From: Hyphomicrobium sp.
GTDB lineage: Bacteria; Pseudomonadota; Alphaproteobacteria; Rhizobiales; Hyphomicrobiaceae
DNA: 64,000 bases
Direction of reading: 5' to 3'
Assembly (NCBI GenBank): GCA_041659545.1
Contig: JBAZYB010000001.1
Location: forward strand, 119,510-183,509
Shown here: positions 9,798-18,398 of the stretch, piece by piece
How the letters are laid out: every line of letters begins with the position of its first letter
How positions within the stretch are numbered: position 1 is the stretch's first letter
The notes under the pieces: model-generated
The model's database searches: none
The model's input: the letters and a program-made list of their open reading frames with translations, nothing else
Told to the model about the DNA's origin: nothing
Translations under genes and position numbers: made by a program

Positions 9798-10141
9798 ATG
9801 CGTCGCAGCGCGGAGGCGCGGGCGCTCAGGCGCGGCGGGAGTTAGGTGATCGCCAGGGGGCGGAGCGACGGTACTCGGACCAGCTCCGCCACGAGGCCGT
9901 CGCGTACTGGCGGGCGCGCGAGCCGACGGGCGACGGGGTGCGCGCGGTGGCGACCGCGCTCGGCGTCGCGCCAGTGAGCCTGCGCCGATGGGCCCAGGAT
10001 CCGCGGTGGCGCCCGGTCCGTGTCATCGCCGACGCGGCGCCCGTGCCCCCGCGCCTCGTGGTAGTCATCGACGCCACGGGCGTCCGCGTCGAGGGCGTGG
10101 ACGTCGAGACGGCTGCGCAACTGGCCGCGCGGTTGCGATGA
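9798..10141 (+). pseudogene. tnpA: IS66 Orf1 (TnpA-like), start lost or frameshifted
   Basis: The frame holding ...ERRYSDQLRHEAVAYWRAREPTGDGVRAVATALGVAPVSLRRWAQD... is open from 9779 but has no ATG/GTG/TTG before GTG 9938. An ATG at 9798 sits in another frame and stops after 15 codons. Confidence 0.5.
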
Positions 10142-10516
10142 GATGGGCCGGCCGGCGCGTCGCCGTCTACGCGCACGGTGCGCCGACGGACATGCGCAAG
10201 GGGTTCGACAGCCTCTGCGTTGATGGTCACCGAACGACTGGCGCGGAATCCCCTGAGCGGCGATGTCTTCCTGTTCGTGAGCCGGAATCGCATCCGCGCG
10301 AAGGTCCTGCACTTCGACGGGACGGGGCTCTGTCTGTATGTGAAGCGCCTGGAGCGCGGGCGCTTCGCGGCCCTGTGGCGTGACGAAGCCGCTGGTCCGA
10401 TGACGCTGACGGTGAGCGAGCTCGATCTCTTTCTCGATGGCAGCTCGCTGGTGGGGCGGATGCCGCTCACGCCGCCCGCCCTCACGCAGTTTTCGCTTGC
10501 CTCGGATCGCGCGTGA
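10138..10516 (+). pseudogene. tnpB: IS66 Orf2 (TnpB), frameshifted
   Basis: MRWAGRRVAVYAHGAPTDMRKGFDSL is in one frame (ATGA overlap with tnpA). The continuation SALMVTERLARNPLSGDVFLFVSRNRIRAKVLHFDGTGLCLYVKRLERGRF is in another. The shift is near 10205-10215. Confidence 0.75.
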
Positions 10517-10535
10517 TGATCTACTGTGCGGCAAC

Positions 10536-12020
10536 GTGGTGCCCTTGGCTGGGGAACGCGACGTCGACACGCTCCGGCAGATCAGTCGGCTCCTCGAGCG
10601 CGAGAATCAGCGACTCATCACCCAGAATCTCCAACTGACGACGGAACTCGCGCGGCTGCGCGGGCTCCCCGAGGTCGCGCAGCTGACGTTCGCCATCGAG
10701 CAGACGCTGCACCAGACACGGGCGGCCATTCTCGGGGGCGCGCCAGCCGCGCCAGCCCCGGCCATCCCGCGGCCCCCGCGGCCGGGACACGGGCCGCGCG
10801 AGCAGCCGGCCTTGCCGGTCATCGAGGTGCGGCACGAGCTGGCGCCTGATCAGCGCGGGTGCCCGGCCTGCGGGGGCACGCTCACCGAGCTGGCCGGCCA
10901 ATACGAAACGGCCGAGCGCATCACCACCGTGAAGGCCACGTATCACGTGCAGCACCATGCGCGGCAGAAGTATCGGTGTGCGTGCAACGGGGCCGTGGTC
11001 ACCGCACCCGCCCCGCCCACCCTGATCCCGGGCGGGCGGTATACCCCGGCCTTCGCGGTCAGCGTGGCCGTCGCGAAGTACACCGATCATTTGCCGCTGG
11101 AGCGTCAGGTGCGGATGATGGCGCGCGAGGGCCTGATCGTCGAGTCGCAGACGTTGTGGGATCAGATTCAGGCCCCTGGCGCGGCATCTCGAGCCCACCT
11201 ACGAGGCCTTGGTCGCCAGGCCTTGGCCGTGCCGGCGATCCATGTCGATGAAACGCGCTGGCCCCGCCTCGGATCGGACGCCCAGTCGGCCGGCACCGTC
11301 TGGGGCCTCGCGACACCGACGATCGCCTTCTATCGCATCTTGCCCGGGAAGTCCGCGGACGAGGGCCGGCAGTTCCTCGGCGGCTATCGCGGCACGGTCG
11401 TCGTGGACGGGTACGCCGTGTACGAGGTGCTGGCGCGGGACGGACCTCACTTTGCACTCGCGCACTGCTGGGCGCACACGAAGCGGAAGTATGACGCGAT
11501 CGCCGAGCACTGGCCGACTGCGTGTGCTGAGATCACCGAGCTGATCGGCGATCTGTACGCCGTCGAACGCCTCGTCCCCGGTCGGTTTCCCGGCGATGCC
11601 GCCGCGCAGGCCCTGCGGCAACAGCTTCGGTAGGCGCGATCGGGGCCGATCCTCGGTCGCATCAAGACCTGGGCGACCGAGCAAGTCGGCCTGCCGCGCA
11701 GCGAGTTTGGCAAGGCGGTGCGTTACATGCTCGAACGGTGGACCGGCCTCACCCGGTTCGTCGACGACCCCTGCATTGCACTCGACAACAATGCCGCGGA
11801 GCGGGCGCTCCGGGGGCCGGTCGTCGGCCGCAAGAATCACTACGGCTCGAAGTCGCTGCGGGGGACGCAGGTCGCCGCGCTCTTCTACACGCTGTGCGAG
11901 ACCGCGAAGCTCACCGGCGTCGATCCGCACGCGTATCTGCTGCACGCCGTCGAGGCCGCCCTCGCGCGGCCCGGCACGGTCACGCTGCCCGACGCGCTCC
12001 TGCTCGCCACCTCGGCGTAG
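10536..12020 (+). pseudogene. tnpC: IS66-family transposase (TnpC) with an in-frame TAG at 11631..11633 and a local double frameshift
   Basis: Zn-finger CPACGG...CACNG, HVDETRW, DGYAVY, CWAHTKRKY, and a C-terminal DNNAAERALRGPVVGRKNHYGSKS. ORFs 10437..11633 and 11718..12020 share one frame and are separated by TAG. Residues 11176-11220 read better in the +1 frame (LARHLEPTYEALVAR). Confidence 0.8.
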
Positions 12021-12080
12021 CGGCCCCTTTCGTTGCCCCCGGCTCAGAACACCACCACGGGCCAGGGCGAGGACTTACTG

Positions 12081-12647
12081 ACTACCGCATTGGAATCCGT
12101 TGGTGTCGCTGTGCCGTTAAGGCTACTAGCGGCATCGCCATTTGTGCTCCGGTTCCCACAGACATACCTAAATGCAGTGGACCCGGGCCGCATGCTATAT
12201 GGCATTACCTCCCGAGGTGAGGGCGGTCACCTCTCTCTTCGGCCCACACTTAGCAAGCTTTCGACAAAGGTGATTGCCGTCCGAGCTGTGACACAACGCG
12301 ACCAATTTGCAGAGGAGGCGCCGTTCCCAATTCGTCCTCAGATGCGACTGGGCGTAATTCCGTTCGGCTCCGCAGATGGAATGGATCGACTCACAGTAGG
12401 TCACGTGCTAGTGCGCGGGCGGCGCGTGCCAGTCATTTCTCGCCCTTCGCTTGAGCACACTCGCATCGATCTGACCGATGTTCCAGACGTTGGCGTTGGT
12501 GAGGAGGTAGTGATTATTGGCAAACAATTGGGTGACGCGATAGATGCGGAGACAATCACCGCGAAAACCGGCATACCTCACAACCAAATCGCGACAGCCA
12601 TCGGTCCGCGTGTCCAGCGAACTTACCTATCAACGCCTATTCTCTAA
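12081..12647 (+). pseudogene. alr: Alanine racemase, 3' fragment only (N-terminal PLP barrel missing)
   Basis: AASPFVLRFPQTYLNAVDPGRMLYGI, RLGVIPFGSADG, VLVRGRRVPVISRPSLEHTRIDLTDVP, GEEVVIIGKQ and IATAIGPRVQRTY follow the conserved order of the alanine racemase C-terminal domain. Homology starts right at the IS66 right end. Confidence 0.7.
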
Positions 12648-12957
12648 TGACGTCCGACGCGCTTCGAGGTTCGAAACAGTCCACGACTTTTCAGCGCGGC
12701 CGGCCGATTGACACTCTAGAACGCGAACGAACATATCCCTCGAGGAGAGTGAGCTGCCGGCCGTTCATCTTTCCGTCATGCCCGTTGGAACATCCTCCCG
12801 AAACCGCTCGTTGAGCGACCCGATTGCGGCGTTGTCTGCCCGCCAAACAAGTTGCGACACACCCATGTAGACAGATAGACGGCCACTAAGTAGAATTCTC
12901 TCACACGCTCGGCTGAACAAACCCTGGCCTCGAAGGCATCCTTGGAATCGGAGCATC

Positions 12958-13191
12958 ATGGAGAGCGCGCAAGTCGTTCTGCAAAAAGCACTTAGCCAGC
13001 TTGTTGCACAGAAAGTTCGAACGGAAAGGGAAATAAGGGCTGTACAGACCGCCTTGGCATCGATCGGGATCGCATCCCCGGCGCTTGCTGCGCGGCGTCG
13101 GCGGAAGCCCATGAACGCCGCCGAAAGGAAGTTGGTCAGCAAGCGAATGAAAGCCTACTGGGCCAAGAAGAGAACGCAACAGTCCTCGTAA
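12958..13191 (+). CDS. Hypothetical small basic protein (coiled-coil N-terminus, Arg/Lys-rich C-terminus)
   Basis: 77-aa ORF. Its composition looks more protein-like than the overlapping antisense ORFs. No family recognised. Confidence 0.35.
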   Translation: MESAQVVLQKALSQLVAQKVRTEREIRAVQTALASIGIASPALAARRRRKPMNAAERKLVSKRMKAYWAKKRTQQSS

Positions 13192-13384
13192 CGAGTGCCA
13201 AGGGGCATTCGCGCTCGGCGCCAAACGCCCGCTCTTAAATTCAAGCTTCCGCTACCCCCACAAAACACGGTCCGTTGGGATCCTGAGCACGATCTGCCGT
13301 ACTTCCTCCGCTGCAGGGTTTCTTTGCATCTGGAGGCGCGGAAATCGTTGCGGAATGGTATTGTCGCGTTTCCTTAAGACATAA

Positions 13385-13403
13385 GAGACATTATCAATGT
13401 CTC
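13385..13403. promoter_or_regulatory. Perfect palindrome GAGACAT-TATCA-ATGTCTC upstream of gene 13457..14182
   Basis: 7-bp arms with a 5-nt spacer in an AT-richer intergenic stretch, 54 nt upstream of the start codon. A related site lies at 14327..14344. Confidence 0.5.
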
Positions 13404-13456
13404 ATACTCGTTAGTCGTTCAGACAGGGTCGGGGCCGCTTCAGTGGAGCGTCGTAC

Positions 13457-14182
13457 ATGTCGCAGCTTATACTCTTGGCCTCAAGGGAGTCTGGCTTAAA
13501 GGCCATTCGCGAGCGACTAGAGGCCGCGGGTTTTGGCGTCGTCATGGACTCGCAACAAGACGACTCTGTTGCAGAAATTGAATGCCGAGTGCCGCAGCAT
13601 GACGAATGCTATGTCTTGGTGTTGATCGACCGCGGCATCCCAGCAAAGGCAAGTCGTCCCGAATGCTTTGGAAGCGCCGACGGACGAAATGCTACGAGAC
13701 ACACCTCGGTCTTGGATCCGTCGCTTCACGCCAGGATCGAACCTCTGTCGATCACCCACAGTTCCGGCGACACCATTCGCTATGCAGCCGCGCGTTGGGC
13801 AACGGCAGTCGTTCGCATCCTTGATTCTCCAGAAGACCCAAATACGGTGTCGGCATGGAGTTCCTGTGTGAACGCGTCCTCTGGAGCGCTGCGCAACTGG
13901 TGCAGTACTGTCGGCATCGGTGCACGGCGGTCGCTGGTCTTCGGGCGTATGTTGCGCGCGGTCGTTTTGGCAATGGACCGAGGGACAAGAGCAGAAAACC
14001 TCTTGAACGTCACAGACAAGAGAACCCTGAAGAAGTTGTTTGAACTTTCTGGCCTACCCGATCCCCGCTTGCCGCCGGGAGTTGACGACTTCTTGGATCG
14101 GCAGACCCTCGTTCGAGATCCAGACGCATTGGCCGAGATTAGGCGGCTCCTAGCAGTGAAAGGACTTCGGACGGCTAGGTAG
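13457..14182 (+). CDS. Hypothetical protein, possibly a pseudo-receiver plus HTH regulator
   Basis: The N-terminus (ILLASRESGLKAIRERLEAAGFGV...YVLVLID) resembles a receiver fold but lacks the acidic DD pair. The segment SSGALRNWCSTVGIGARRSLVFGRMLRAVVL resembles an AraC/Fis-like HTH. Both assignments are weak. Confidence 0.45.
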   Translation: MSQLILLASRESGLKAIRERLEAAGFGVVMDSQQDDSVAEIECRVPQHDECYVLVLIDRGIPAKASRPECFGSADGRNATRHTSVLDPSLHARIEPLSITHSSGDTIRYAAARWATAVVRILDSPEDPNTVSAWSSCVNASSGALRNWCSTVGIGARRSLVFGRMLRAVVLAMDRGTRAENLLNVTDKRTLKKLFELSGLPDPRLPPGVDDFLDRQTLVRDPDALAEIRRLLAVKGLRTAR

Positions 14183-14326
14183 TTATCTCTGCGCCAGTTG
14201 TTTCGTCACGCTCGACGGTTGTACTTCCGTTTGCAACTCGTCGCGCGTTACGACGTGAGCTGGCTTCCCTCCAAGGGCAAAATGTACGTCGCTTCCTGCC
14301 TCACTCTGCTCTTGATCAATTCAATT

Positions 14327-14344
14327 AGACATCTAAAGTGTCTC
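14327..14344. promoter_or_regulatory. Second copy of the GAGACAY-N5-ATGTCT palindrome (on the opposite strand), upstream of gene 14434..14832
   Basis: AGACATCTAAAGTGTCTC; its reverse complement is GAGACACTTTAGATGTCT. It lies 90 nt upstream of the start codon. Confidence 0.45.
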
Positions 14345-14433
14345 TAATCAGTCGCAGGTTTGGCGTCTCACACTTCAAAGGCCCGACGACTGCCTGTGAC
14401 TGAGAGGGCGAAGCTCCATCCGGCCCTTTAGAA

Positions 14434-14832
14434 ATGACTTCCCAATACACCTTTATCAGGGCCAGCTTGGCCAATGCGCTGCCAGCCGTCGAATTTGCCG
14501 GTCCGCTGTTAATTCGCCTATTCGCGAAGGATAGGAACGCAGACCTTGGCGCGCGCTTGGAAACTATCCTTGAGCGCGTGGCCCTGGACTGTGGGTGTGA
14601 AGCAGAACTGGCCGCACTAAGGACATCATCTCACCAGGCTTCCGGCTCTGCCAGCAGGTTCCTCGATGCAGCCTCTCAACTACGCTATCTGGTGGAATGC
14701 GCTTGTGGATCCACGATTGAATATCGCCTGTCCGAGGCACTCGGCGTTGATTGTCCAAGGTGGATTCGGCTTCGCTGCATCGCCTGCGACGCCGAGATTA
14801 GATGGTTTGTGCCCTCATTACCCTGTGAATGA
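14434..14832 (+). CDS. Hypothetical Cys-rich protein
   Basis: 132-aa ORF with the cysteine clusters CGCEAE, VECACGS and CPRWIRLRCIACDAE. No family recognised. Confidence 0.4.
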   Translation: MTSQYTFIRASLANALPAVEFAGPLLIRLFAKDRNADLGARLETILERVALDCGCEAELAALRTSSHQASGSASRFLDAASQLRYLVECACGSTIEYRLSEALGVDCPRWIRLRCIACDAEIRWFVPSLPCE

Positions 14833-14913
14833 ACGCTGTGCGGGACGGTGTGCAGAAGTGGCTTCTGCAAGTATAGAATGGCCGCCAAGGACCCACTACA
14901 CTGAGGAGCCGCC

Positions 14914-17313
14914 ATGCTGAGACATGTTGTCTATGCTCTCCGATCTCTATTGAGAGATCCTTTGTTGACCACCATGGCGTCTCTCACCATGGCTGTGGGA
15001 CTCGCTGCTGTTACTGCTACGTTCAGCATCATTGATACGACCCTGCTGAAACCTCTGCCGTATCCTCGATCCTCCGATCTTTACTTTCTTGGAACGGGCA
15101 CGCTGGATGGAAGTGTCTCCACCGGAAAGGTCGCACCGGTGGAACTGTCTCGGCTTAACGACGCCAGGAAGTCGGTGGCACACGCGGCTTTCACCGCGCG
15201 TACGGAAACAGCGATCATCGATGGTGCCGGTATCCCAACTCCTACCGTGGCTGTGAGTGTGAGTGACGAGTTCTTTCAAGTATTGGGACTGCCGATGGCG
15301 CTCGGGCGAGTGTTCACGCCAGACGAGCACAAAGGGAAGGGCCCCTCAGTCGCAGTGCTCGCGTTCGATACCTGGACGAACCTGTTCGGCAGCGCGCCAG
15401 ACATCGTCGGACGTTCGATTCGTCTGACAGAAGGTCCTGTTACCGTCGTGGGCGTTGCGCCTCCGAGCCTAAGAACGCCAGCCGATACTGCGCTCTGGAC
15501 AAACTCGCGCCTGGATCGCCAGAGCACCGTTCACAGGTACGATGGGTACGTCCGGCTTCACCCTGGTAGAACTGCCGAAGAGCTGCGGGCAGAACTTGAC
15601 GTCACGATGGCCGCACTCGCGGTCGAGTACCCCGCAGAAGAGCGCAATCGCCGATACACATCTCGGTCACTACTTGACCACGTTGTTGGTGACTTAAGAC
15701 CGGTCCTGGGACTCCTGGCGATTGGGTCGGTGGTCGTTCTATTACTGGCGTTGGTTAACGTGACCAATCTTCTCCTTGTTCGTGGATTATACCGCTCGCG
15801 CGAGGTCGCATTGCGTGCCGCATTGGGCGCGAGCCGCGGAGATCTCGTACGGCAACAGATTTCCGAGGCATTGGTACTGACGACCATCGCGGTAGTTGTT
15901 GGGTCCGGGATTGCTTTCGGGAGCTTACGAGCCCTCTTAGCTATGGGAAGTGCGATCCTGCCCCGCTTTGAGACGGTCTCGGTCGACCTTCCGGTTGTGG
16001 CTTTCGTTGGTGGGATTTCATTGGTCACCGCCTTATTGGTTGCGGCCATACCGGCTTGGCGAATCTCGCAAGCGGACGTGCGAGGCACCTTGAATGAAGG
16101 CGGACGGGGTATAACCCTAGGCAAGTCGCCGCGCCGCCTGTTCGCGACAATGATCGTGGCAGAAATAGCGCTCGCGATCCTGTTGATCGGTAACGTCGGC
16201 GTGGTGTCACAGAGTCTGTCACTGCTTGAGGAAACCCATCCCGGATTTGACTCTGAGGGGCGGCTGACGGCGGAAGTGCTTTTGGAGCCAACGAAGTACA
16301 GGACAGCCGACCAGTTGGCTACTTGGTTTCGAGCAGTTAGCGAGCGAATAGGCGCGATACCCGGAGTCGAGTCTGTTGCTTCAGCGTCGTCATTTCCTCT
16401 CGGAACCGAGCGGGACACGGCCTGGTTTCTCGCAGTCGCCGGAGCTGCTCAAGATCCGAACAGGCAAGACTCAGCGAGGGTCAGGCGCGTAAGTCCTGGC
16501 TTTTTCGGGACAATGGGTATCGCGTTGCTTAACGGCCGCGAGTTCAACTGGCAGGACTTACCGACAAACCCGCCAATTGCCATTGTTAACCGCTCATTCG
16601 CCCAGAAGTTCCTGGCGGGACGCGAACCATTGAGCTCACAGTTCGCCGTCGGCTATCCGACCGTAAACCCCAAAGTCCTCATCAATGTTGTCGGGGTGGT
16701 TGATGATGCAAAGTACGCGACGTTAGACGGCTCGGCTGAGCCCACTTTCTACTTCTCACAGAGTCAGGCGACCTATTGGCGCCAAACAGTAATTGTCCGG
16801 ACGCAGATTGCTGATCCGACTGTCATCGGCGGCGCTGTCACGTCTGCAATTCGGGAGGCGGACCCCGAAGTGCCGATCGTAATCAACACGGCGGACCGGG
16901 TTGTAGCGGACTCACTGCGGATGCAACGTATCGGGGTGGTGCTGATGATGATGTTTGCGGGATGCGCTCTCGTCATGGCGGCCGGAGGTATCTACGGCGT
17001 AGTCGCTCATACTGTCGGACAACGGACTGCTGAAGTCGCCACCCGTTTGGCGCTTGGTGCCACACCTCAGGACGTCGTGCTGCTCATCGCTAAGCAGGGT
17101 GCGAGTCTGATTCTCGTCGGCGGTGCCTTAGGGCTCTTTGGTGTCTATGCTGGAGGGCGTCTCCTTCGCAGCCAAATCTCTTACGTTGCCGGCACAGACT
17201 TGGCGATGGTTTCTGCGGCGGTCGCCGTGGTCGTCGTTGTCGCCGCCGGCGGAGTACTGCTTCCTGCAGTGCGAATCAGTCGGATGCACGCCCGGGAGAG
17301 TCTGAGAGCCTGA
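14914..17313 (+). CDS. ADOP-family (MacB/FtsX-like duplicated) ABC-type permease
   Basis: 799 aa. The N-terminus MLRHVVYALRSLLRDPLLTTMASLTMAVGLAAVTATFSIIDTTLLKPLPYPRSSDLYFLG matches the ADOP/MacB-like pattern. There are two FtsX-type 4-TM blocks and large periplasmic domains. No ATPase gene is adjacent. Confidence 0.85.
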   Translation: MLRHVVYALRSLLRDPLLTTMASLTMAVGLAAVTATFSIIDTTLLKPLPYPRSSDLYFLGTGTLDGSVSTGKVAPVELSRLNDARKSVAHAAFTARTETAIIDGAGIPTPTVAVSVSDEFFQVLGLPMALGRVFTPDEHKGKGPSVAVLAFDTWTNLFGSAPDIVGRSIRLTEGPVTVVGVAPPSLRTPADTALWTNSRLDRQSTVHRYDGYVRLHPGRTAEELRAELDVTMAALAVEYPAEERNRRYTSRSLLDHVVGDLRPVLGLLAIGSVVVLLLALVNVTNLLLVRGLYRSREVALRAALGASRGDLVRQQISEALVLTTIAVVVGSGIAFGSLRALLAMGSAILPRFETVSVDLPVVAFVGGISLVTALLVAAIPAWRISQADVRGTLNEGGRGITLGKSPRRLFATMIVAEIALAILLIGNVGVVSQSLSLLEETHPGFDSEGRLTAEVLLEPTKYRTADQLATWFRAVSERIGAIPGVESVASASSFPLGTERDTAWFLAVAGAAQDPNRQDSARVRRVSPGFFGTMGIALLNGREFNWQDLPTNPPIAIVNRSFAQKFLAGREPLSSQFAVGYPTVNPKVLINVVGVVDDAKYATLDGSAEPTFYFSQSQATYWRQTVIVRTQIADPTVIGGAVTSAIREADPEVPIVINTADRVVADSLRMQRIGVVLMMMFAGCALVMAAGGIYGVVAHTVGQRTAEVATRLALGATPQDVVLLIAKQGASLILVGGALGLFGVYAGGRLLRSQISYVAGTDLAMVSAAVAVVVVVAAGGVLLPAVRISRMHARESLRA

Positions 17314-17318
17314 CAGCT

Positions 17319-18398
17319 TTGTCACCCGGACGGTCATTCGTCTCCAAGATGCTCGTGAAGTCTAAAGTTGAAACGTTAAGGTCCGAAGGGAATAGCCTCG
17401 CGATCCTCGGTGAGGCGGAAGAGGCGGTGCTCGGCCGATTGGCTGCCGCCTTCGACCCCTTGGCGACCGACATTGTCTTCGTGTCTGGCTCGCGAATGGA
17501 GGGGCTCGGCAACTCGACATCGGATTTCGACCTCTACGTCGTGCAGTCCGAGAAATACACTGGGGACCCGTTCGTGACAGTTGTACTGGACGCTCAGTAC
17601 GCCGTTTACGAGATCTTTAGCCTGGCCCACGCTACGCGAGTGGCTACAACGCTTAACGCTATCGATCGGAACGACTATCGGCAAATAGCCTCCCTGTCGC
17701 TGTTCGAGCTTGAGTTCTACTATCGCGTCTTAATTGGCCGGGCTCTCACCAGCCACCACTCTTTCGAGCAACTACGGGATTCATTCCGGCGCTCAACAAT
17801 AGATGAATGTGTGGCGACATGGTGCGGGCTGCGCTCGGTGGTTTTGCTCGGTGAGGCTCGGCAAAAGCTTGCATTGTGTCGCGAGGCCGGAGCGTACGTA
17901 GCCGCTCAACAGGCGGCGGCGGCGGCACTCGACTCATTTCTGGCGGCACATGGGCAGTCTTATCCTGGATTCAAGTGGCGGTTCGAGAAATTGCTCAGGA
18001 TCGTTCCAAAGACTTCGCCAGATTTCAAACGCGCCTGGGACATCAAGTCATTGGGCCGTCGGGATGTTTCCCAATATCTCGATGCGGTCGCCGAGTTTTG
18101 TCGCGACATGGGCATGCAGGCGTTTGAGTCCTGGTCGTTGAACGACGTGATGTGCCGTCAGGCGAAGACAGCCCAGGCTATCGTGGTGAACGGTCAATGC
18201 TTCATCGTCGAGAACAAGACAACGTTGTTTGAGCTGGATGAAGCCAGCTCTAAGCTCTGGCAATGGATTGCGACTCCGACCCGGCGAGGCGATCTTCTCG
18301 ACCGCGCTGAGCAGGAGCAAGTCATGACTGCGCTCGAGGTGGACGAAGTCCTGTTCGACCTAGCAATGCACGGTCTTCTTCGGCAGGGAAGCGTATGA
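17319..18398 (+). CDS. Nucleotidyltransferase-domain protein with C-terminal PqqD-like (RRE-like) domain
   Basis: Pol-beta-type NTase motif FVSGSRMEGLGNSTSDFDLYVV. The C-terminal ~85 aa (AIVVNGQCFIVENKTTLFELDEASSKLWQWIATPTRRGDLLDRAEQEQVMTALEVDEVLFDLAMHGLL) follow the PqqD pattern. Start is TTG 17319 or ATG 17349. Confidence 0.6.
   Translation: MSPGRSFVSKMLVKSKVETLRSEGNSLAILGEAEEAVLGRLAAAFDPLATDIVFVSGSRMEGLGNSTSDFDLYVVQSEKYTGDPFVTVVLDAQYAVYEIFSLAHATRVATTLNAIDRNDYRQIASLSLFELEFYYRVLIGRALTSHHSFEQLRDSFRRSTIDECVATWCGLRSVVLLGEARQKLALCREAGAYVAAQQAAAAALDSFLAAHGQSYPGFKWRFEKLLRIVPKTSPDFKRAWDIKSLGRRDVSQYLDAVAEFCRDMGMQAFESWSLNDVMCRQAKTAQAIVVNGQCFIVENKTTLFELDEASSKLWQWIATPTRRGDLLDRAEQEQVMTALEVDEVLFDLAMHGLLRQGSV

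Larger units (their letters stand above)
9759..12078 (+). mobile_element. IS66-family insertion sequence, decayed (all three ORFs damaged)
   Basis: Shows the tnpA-tnpB-tnpC order typical of IS66. Tentative imperfect terminal inverted repeats: GTGAGTAGCCCCGCCC at 9759 and GGGCGAGGACTTAC ending at 12078. I found no matching 8-bp target duplication. Confidence 0.7.

Noticed and set aside
735-11633. Possibility that the in-frame TAA (735) and TAG (11631) reflect stop-codon reassignment or programmed readthrough.
   Set aside because: All three stop codons terminate well-defined genes throughout the window, for example TAA at 23239 and 37145, TAG at 47335, and many TGA. Both affected genes are mobile-element genes, one of which has additional frameshift damage, so pseudogenisation is the simpler reading.
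15558-16418. Long antisense ORFs opposite well-supported genes. Examples: 15558..16418(-), 29486..30349(-), 35104..35841(-), 42930..43805(-), 45212..45982(-), 51358..51990(-), 11199..11945(-).
   Set aside because: These are typical shadow ORFs of high-GC DNA. Their translations are Arg/Pro/Gly/Ser-rich with no motifs. Each lies fully inside a sense-strand gene that has clear family signatures.
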